DNA from: a virus
Lineage: Duplodnaviria > Caudoviricetes
Length of the DNA stretch: 64,000 nt
Strand: one strand, 5' to 3'
Virus record (IMG/VR): IMGVR_UViG_3300034052_000013
Span: 1-64,000 of that record
The notes under the pieces are model-generated. The model was not told the DNA's origin. It ran no database searches and worked only from the letters and a program-made list of their open reading frames with translations. Made by a program: the position numbers and the translations under genes. Below are positions 59,493-64,000 of the stretch, one piece after another. Positions within the stretch are counted from its first letter, which is position 1. Each line of letters starts with the position of its first letter.

Positions 59493-60332
59493 TTAAAAAA
59501 CAATAAAATTTACACGGGTACATCTTAACTCATGGTCGCATAGAGATGTTTGATACTCTAATTCAACAAAGCCTGAAGCTCTGTTTCCTTTATTAGTTTC
59601 ATGATGAAATCCGTTTCTTTTCTTTTGTGTTTCTTGTTTTGCAGCGATATTTTGTACATACCATTTTGCGTGTTGTTTTATTTGTCCTGTTCTTGTTAAG
59701 AATTCATGTCTCACAGGGTGTATAAAACCATCATGGATATGTTCAGTAATCCACACATCTGCAGAAGGGTAACTAGCTTTAGCTAAGTCAATAGATAAAC
59801 TACCTTTTGACCTTGTACCTCCTGCAAAAGGGCTGTGCGAGAAATGGACGGCAGAAGTTGCAACAAACTTTTTACCTACACCATGTTCTGCTGATAAGAT
59901 GATGTAACCAGAATATTCATGAACAGGGACATCAACACCACAAATTAAACCTAAAAGGTCTAAATTATGTCTTCTGATAATTGAATTATCATGATTTCCT
60001 CTATTCCAAGAAATTATTCTATCTTTAAAAGGTAAAACAACTTCTTCTCGTACATCTCTAATAACTCTGTTAGCATAATCTGTATGATTATAAATGTCTA
60101 ATGTAGAAGATTTAGTTCCTCTTTTATCATTTACAAACTGCATTACATCTAAAGAGTCTCCTCCAATAACAATGTACACATCAGGGTTTTCTTTTAAGTA
60201 TTTTTTGACTTTACTCCACTCAGAGTATTCTGAGTCTTTATGCAAATCGGATATCCAAACTATTTTAAAATTAGGTGTAGGAATTTTGCAGTGTAAGACT
60301 TCATGAGATAATCGTGTTATTTCCATAAGCAT
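59493..60332 (-). CDS. calcineurin-like metallophosphoesterase
   Basis: SDLH, GGDSLD, RGNHD, HFSH, TEHIH. Confidence 0.8.
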   Translation of the reverse strand: MLMEITRLSHEVLHCKIPTPNFKIVWISDLHKDSEYSEWSKVKKYLKENPDVYIVIGGDSLDVMQFVNDKRGTKSSTLDIYNHTDYANRVIRDVREEVVLPFKDRIISWNRGNHDNSIIRRHNLDLLGLICGVDVPVHEYSGYIILSAEHGVGKKFVATSAVHFSHSPFAGGTRSKGSLSIDLAKASYPSADVWITEHIHDGFIHPVRHEFLTRTGQIKQHAKWYVQNIAAKQETQKKRNGFHHETNKGNRASGFVELEYQTSLCDHELRCTRVNFIVF

Positions 60333-60351
60333 TAGTTTTGATTAAAGTCTA

Positions 60352-60359
60352 CAAATATA
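60352..60359 (-). promoter_or_regulatory. Bacteroidota-type promoter (TTG-N19-TATATTTG)
   Basis: The -7 element is 19 nt before ATG 60332 and has a TTG 19 nt further upstream. Confidence 0.7.
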
Positions 60360-60419
60360 AGACTTTTTTATTGAATATCAACACTTTTGATATTTTTTAT
60401 ATGTGTAATACATACAAAG

Positions 60420-60824
60420 TTATTCTAATACTTTTTCAATTAAGGATTGTAAATCTAAAATTTCCCGTTTGTAATTAGGGATACTTGAAAGTGTATTTTT
60501 TACTGCTTTTTTTGCATAATAAACGGAAGATCTATCTTGATGACAAACTTCATAAGCAACTTTTACAGGTGGTAGACCAGTATACTTATCACAAAAGTAT
60601 ACAATTATCATACGTCTATCAGAAAAAGGTTGTTTTCTAGTTTTTAAAAATAAATCTTTTCGTTGTATATTCCAATAATCACAACAAATTTTAACAATTT
60701 GTTCTATTTTAGAATAATTTTTTTCAATTTTTAAAAAGTTAATACTGTTCTGATTAAGAAAATTTTCAATATAATGTTGATTATTTTCATCAGATATTGT
60801 TATATTGTAGATAATATTCCTCAT
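60420..60824 (-). CDS. stand-alone DnaA domain IV-like HTH protein
   Basis: IEQIVKICCDYWNIQRKDLFLKTRK...RMIIVYF...QDRSSVYYA aligns by eye with the DnaA C-terminal 'I...V..YY.I...DL.SK.R...R..AM......RDHTTV.HA'. Confidence 0.7.
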   Translation of the reverse strand: MRNIIYNITISDENNQHYIENFLNQNSINFLKIEKNYSKIEQIVKICCDYWNIQRKDLFLKTRKQPFSDRRMIIVYFCDKYTGLPPVKVAYEVCHQDRSSVYYAKKAVKNTLSSIPNYKREILDLQSLIEKVLE

Positions 60825-60842
60825 TATATTGTTTTTAAAGTT

Positions 60843-61115
60843 TTAAACTGTTTCAGCTTTTTCGTCATTAAATCTGTCAATAATCTTATACCATTCATTT
60901 TTATCACATTCATCTCCTAAAGAGTCAAATAATCTTTCATGTTCTAATATTTCATCCACTAACTTTTGTTTACTGTGTAAATCTAAAATTTCCCAATTAT
61001 TAAATATCTCAGTTACAGTGTGCGACACCATATAAGTTCTTCGCCCAAGTGAATATCTAAACATACACATTAAAGCTAACCAAGGGTCGTTGAGTGTTAT
61101 TTTACTTCTATCCAT
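60843..61115 (-). CDS. hypothetical protein
   Basis: CMFRYSLGRRTYMVS motif; small phage protein. Confidence 0.6.
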   Translation of the reverse strand: MDRSKITLNDPWLALMCMFRYSLGRRTYMVSHTVTEIFNNWEILDLHSKQKLVDEILEHERLFDSLGDECDKNEWYKIIDRFNDEKAETV

Positions 61116-61118
61116 AGT

Positions 61119-61403
61119 CTATTCTTTTTCATTATAAGCATCTTTATACCATATAGCCATACTTATAACTTTAGTTATAAGTTCTTTCTTAGAATTTTTA
61201 GCTATTTCTATTATATAATCTTCAGAAACTTCATCAGAAGCCAGTTCTAAAATTGCATCTATTAATACACTTCTTGTAGAAATATTTACTATTTTTCCAC
61301 TACCATCACATTTTTCACAAATATAAGGGTTTGGTGGTACACTTCTATCTGTACCATCTGTACCTGTTCCTAAACAATTTGGACAGTTTATCATTTCAAT
61401 CAT
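61119..61403 (-). CDS. small protein with DnaJ-type CxxCxGxG zinc finger
   Basis: CPNCLGTG ... CEKCDGSG. Confidence 0.65.
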   Translation of the reverse strand: MIEMINCPNCLGTGTDGTDRSVPPNPYICEKCDGSGKIVNISTRSVLIDAILELASDEVSEDYIIEIAKNSKKELITKVISMAIWYKDAYNEKE

Positions 61404-61407
61404 AATT

Positions 61408-61770
61408 TTAATCTTTTTCTAAATATTTGCGTGCTTGTTTATAAACTGTGAAAAAGTTATCTTTTTCTTTTTCAGTTAAATCTAATAACCTATCACCTAC
61501 TGTAACTAAATCGTAGTTATCATCTTTATCTATTTCTAGATAAGCTACTACTAAACAGTTTTCTTTATTTTCAAAACAAGAATAATGAATAATATGTGAA
61601 TCAGAAGATAACCCTCCATTTTCCAGTAGTGTGTACTTACCACCAGATAATATCTCTTCTCTTTTACCATAATAAGTATTAGGGTACCAAACTATAAATT
61701 CATAGTAATAGTTGTTATGTCGAAAAGATATAGAACCTTCTCTTATCTCTTTGTGGATTATAGTTTTCAT
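61408..61770 (-). CDS. hypothetical protein
   Basis: Start MKTIIHKE (61770) chosen to avoid overlap with the upstream gene. Confidence 0.55.
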   Translation of the reverse strand: MKTIIHKEIREGSISFRHNNYYYEFIVWYPNTYYGKREEILSGGKYTLLENGGLSSDSHIIHYSCFENKENCLVVAYLEIDKDDNYDLVTVGDRLLDLTEKEKDNFFTVYKQARKYLEKD

Positions 61771-61774
61771 AATT

Positions 61775-62065
61775 TTATCTTTTAAAATTCCATGTGTATA
61801 TATCACTACATTTTTCTTCACAAGTGTGTTTAGGTAAGTGCATGTCAACATACTCACCCTCCCACTGCTCATTTAATATTGACATAGCTTCAGAACAAAG
61901 ACTCATACCATCTAGTTGATTTCCACCAAAAGTGGATTCATGTTTGAATGGTACTTTATCTGTGTATCTTTGTTCAAATTTTGCTGCAACCCATCTCCAA
62001 GAACCTTCACACTTTTCTCTTAAATATTTTATATAAAGAGCTTGAAATTTAGTTAAGTTTCTCAT
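61775..62065 (-). CDS. hypothetical protein
   Basis: 96-aa ORF in a tightly packed run. Confidence 0.55.
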   Translation of the reverse strand: MRNLTKFQALYIKYLREKCEGSWRWVAAKFEQRYTDKVPFKHESTFGGNQLDGMSLCSEAMSILNEQWEGEYVDMHLPKHTCEEKCSDIYTWNFKR

Positions 62066-62424
62066 AGTTTTATCTTTTTAAGTAAATATTCTGTTGATTT
62101 AGATTTTCCTAAAAGGTTTGTCCCTTTAAAAAGGAAATACTTTCTATCTTTTACATATAATTTATAAAGCCCATGTTTTTCAAAAATATTTATTTGGTAA
62201 CGATAAGAACCTCTTTTTACAGGTATTGGATGGGACAGCTTTAAATTTAATTTTAAACCTAACATTGCAAAATCAAAACATATCATACCATAAACACCTG
62301 TAAATAATGTTATAGTTCTGTTAAGCTTTTTAAAAGATTCTTTTAGAATTATATCGGATAATATTTTATCTAGAGTACTGTGAGAGAGTTTCTTATATTT
62401 TATAATATCACTTTTCAATTCCAT
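62062..62424 (-). CDS. hypothetical basic protein
   Basis: 120-aa Lys-rich ORF. Confidence 0.5.
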   Translation of the reverse strand: MELKSDIIKYKKLSHSTLDKILSDIILKESFKKLNRTITLFTGVYGMICFDFAMLGLKLNLKLSHPIPVKRGSYRYQINIFEKHGLYKLYVKDRKYFLFKGTNLLGKSKSTEYLLKKIKL

Positions 62425-62428
62425 AATT

Positions 62429-62650
62429 TTAATCTTGTATTGTTAATACTTCTATTAAAGAATCTAATCTTTCAATAGTGTTAAATGTTCCTAAATAAAT
62501 CGTTACCTCTCCTTGCGTAAGCCAGACAGATTCATTAGAATAAACCTCTAATGTAATTTCTTCAGATAAGTTTTTTGTGTAGATGTTGCAATAATCTAAT
62601 TCTATTTCCGTAAAACCTCTGTCTATTAATTGTTTGTAGCTCATTTCCAT
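62429..62650 (-). CDS. hypothetical protein
   Basis: 73-aa ORF. Confidence 0.55.
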   Translation of the reverse strand: MEMSYKQLIDRGFTEIELDYCNIYTKNLSEEITLEVYSNESVWLTQGEVTIYLGTFNTIERLDSLIEVLTIQD

Positions 62651-62651
62651 A

Positions 62652-62906
62652 TTAATCTATTATTAGGTAGTCATATTGCATAAATAAAACCCTATTTAAG
62701 AACTCTTCTATATAAAGACCTTCCTTTGTATGTGGGATGTTTAAAACTTTCTTAAAATCAATTATAATAAGCCCTAAAGCATTCCTTTTAAAAGAACTTT
62801 CAAAAGCTTTTAACATATTAATCCCATCAGCTTCTTTATCTAATTGTTGTTTAGATAAATAAAGGAGAGTTTTGTTCTCTCCTTTATTAATTATTGTTGT
62901 AAACAT
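62652..62906 (-). CDS. hypothetical protein
   Basis: 84-aa ORF. Confidence 0.5.
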   Translation of the reverse strand: MFTTIINKGENKTLLYLSKQQLDKEADGINMLKAFESSFKRNALGLIIIDFKKVLNIPHTKEGLYIEEFLNRVLFMQYDYLIID

Positions 62907-62910
62907 AAGT

Positions 62911-63063
62911 TTAATTTTCTAATTTAAAATAAATTCCACACTCATTACATAAAATATCAATTATAGGTAAGTTTAATTTACTATAATCATAATTGAAATG
63001 AAAATTTTCTTTGTTTCCACATTCAGGACAAACAGTTTCTTCTTCTTCTATAAAATTTCCCAT
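62911..63063 (-). CDS. 50-aa zinc-ribbon protein (missed by ORF track)
   Basis: MGNFIEEEETVCPECGNKENFHFNYDYSKLNLPIIDILCNECGIYFKLEN*; CxxC...CxxC; fills the only gap in the run. Confidence 0.65.
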   Translation of the reverse strand: MGNFIEEEETVCPECGNKENFHFNYDYSKLNLPIIDILCNECGIYFKLEN

Positions 63064-63275
63064 TGATAAATAGAATTTAATGTCTTAAATGTATTTTCAG
63101 ACAATATTTCTGTTACTACAGAAGTGCCAAAAGAACCTATCCAAAAACTTTCTCCTATTACAGGTTCTCTAAAGTATTCTGAGAAAGTTTCTTTTATTAT
63201 AGTATAACCTTCTTCAATATTATTAGGATGGTAGGCATCTTCTAACTCTTTTAATTTTGTTATTTTTACTTTCAT
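63048..63275 (-). CDS. hypothetical protein
   Basis: 75-aa ORF ending FKTLNSIY.WE. Confidence 0.55.
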   Translation of the reverse strand: MKVKITKLKELEDAYHPNNIEEGYTIIKETFSEYFREPVIGESFWIGSFGTSVVTEILSENTFKTLNSIYQWEIL

Positions 63276-63335
63276 AATTTAAATTTTAAGGTTATAACTT
63301 GAATTACCGTAAATAATATAAGGTTAAAACCTTAT

Positions 63336-63608
63336 TTAATCCCATTCACTTATAGTTAAGTCTCTATTTTCTAATCCACACGCTACAGCTAATTCTATAT
63401 CATGAGGATAAGTTATAAATTCTCCTTCAATCAGCAAACCTGTATTACACATCAAAGCATCATAAAACTTTTCTTCACTGAAACCTTCAACTCTTTTACA
63501 AGTTTTTAAAATGGCTGTAATTTCTGTATGGACAAAACCTTGTTCATGTTTTCTTGGATACGTTGTTACGAAATCGTCAGCAAGAGTATATTTATTCTTT
63601 TTTGTCAT
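63336..63608 (-). CDS. hypothetical protein
   Basis: 90-aa ORF. Confidence 0.55.
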   Translation of the reverse strand: MTKKNKYTLADDFVTTYPRKHEQGFVHTEITAILKTCKRVEGFSEEKFYDALMCNTGLLIEGEFITYPHDIELAVACGLENRDLTISEWD

Positions 63609-64000
63609 GAGTTTAAAAATTTTTGTGTGATTAATATTTCAATTGTATTATACGACAAAGGTCTGTAAGAATCTGCATATAAAGTGTCTACACCAACATC
63701 TAAAGCAGCATAATGAGGGTGTTTAAAACTCCCATGACAATGCCCAAATAAATGCCAAGAACCTTTTTCTTTTTTATACCAAGTGCTTAAAGGATAGTGA
63801 CATAATATTATTTTCTGTTCAACCTCATCTTCATTATCATTTTGCACATTAATTTCTAAAATGTCGTAAAGAGTTTTTTCTTGAAGTTGCTTATCAGGTG
63901 TTATTTGATATTTGTCATGATTACCTCTTACATGGTAAATTGTCCCATTAAGTTGAGAAACATATTTTTCCCAAGCAGATTTTCTAGAATGAAAACAAAA
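63605..64000 (-). CDS. calcineurin-like metallophosphoesterase, 5' truncated by window edge
   Basis: The frame is open from the window end: FCF...RGNHD...LCHYP...LFGHCHG...DVGVD. The track's start at 63847 is internal. Confidence 0.85.
   Translation of the reverse strand, partial: FCFHSRKSAWEKYVSQLNGTIYHVRGNHDKYQITPDKQLQEKTLYDILEINVQNDNEDEVEQKIILCHYPLSTWYKKEKGSWHLFGHCHGSFKHPHYAALDVGVDTLYADSYRPLSYNTIEILITQKFLNS

Noticed and set aside
61752-61760. TGTGGATTA near the DnaA-like gene as a DnaA box
   Set aside because: Single, mismatched and inside a coding region.
1-64000. Stop-codon reassignment (TAG=Gln or TGA=Trp), known in some crAss-like phages
   Set aside because: Very long ORFs are intact in code 11. 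TAG (1456, 44466) and TGA (641, 5944, 47389) end genes exactly where the next gene begins.
1-64000. tRNA, rRNA, CRISPR array, integrase, DGR reverse transcriptase
   Set aside because: None recognisable. Intergenic spaces are short and explained by promoters, terminators or introns. A tRNAscan run was not possible.

Overview
This is an AT-rich segment of a crAss-like (Crassvirales-type) podophage genome read in the standard genetic code. The host is probably Bacteroidota: TAnnTTTG promoters recur and genes have A/T-rich leaders without Shine-Dalgarno sites. The + strand (1-49.7 kb) holds the late module: a partial GroES-like gene, RepL-like and HU/IHF-like genes, intein-containing terminase large subunit, portal, putative scaffold, major capsid protein, ring/tail-tube proteins and muzzle. 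These are followed by five large ejected cargo proteins including a 2578-aa virion RNA polymerase (DFDID motif), a ferritin, tail fibre/accessory genes and a lysis region (holin-like, amidohydrolase, M15 endolysin). The - strand (49.7-64 kb) converges on a bidirectional hairpin and holds the replication/early module: PD-(D/E)xK nuclease, RusA-like resolvase, primase, SSB-like, AAA ATPase, DnaB, SF2 helicase, two phosphoesterases, a DnaA domain-IV-like protein and small ORFs. The ORF track misses two group I introns that I reconstructed by hand. One is 315 nt long and splits DnaB; the other is 1253 nt long, sits inside the SF2 helicase DEVH motif and carries a GIY-YIG endonuclease with its own promoter. 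The most unusual pattern is that the five cargo proteins (about 6,840 aa) contain only five cysteines, four of them at termini in a complementary tail-to-head arrangement, which hints at a covalently or metal-linked ejection chain. All family assignments come from motif recognition; no database searches were run.
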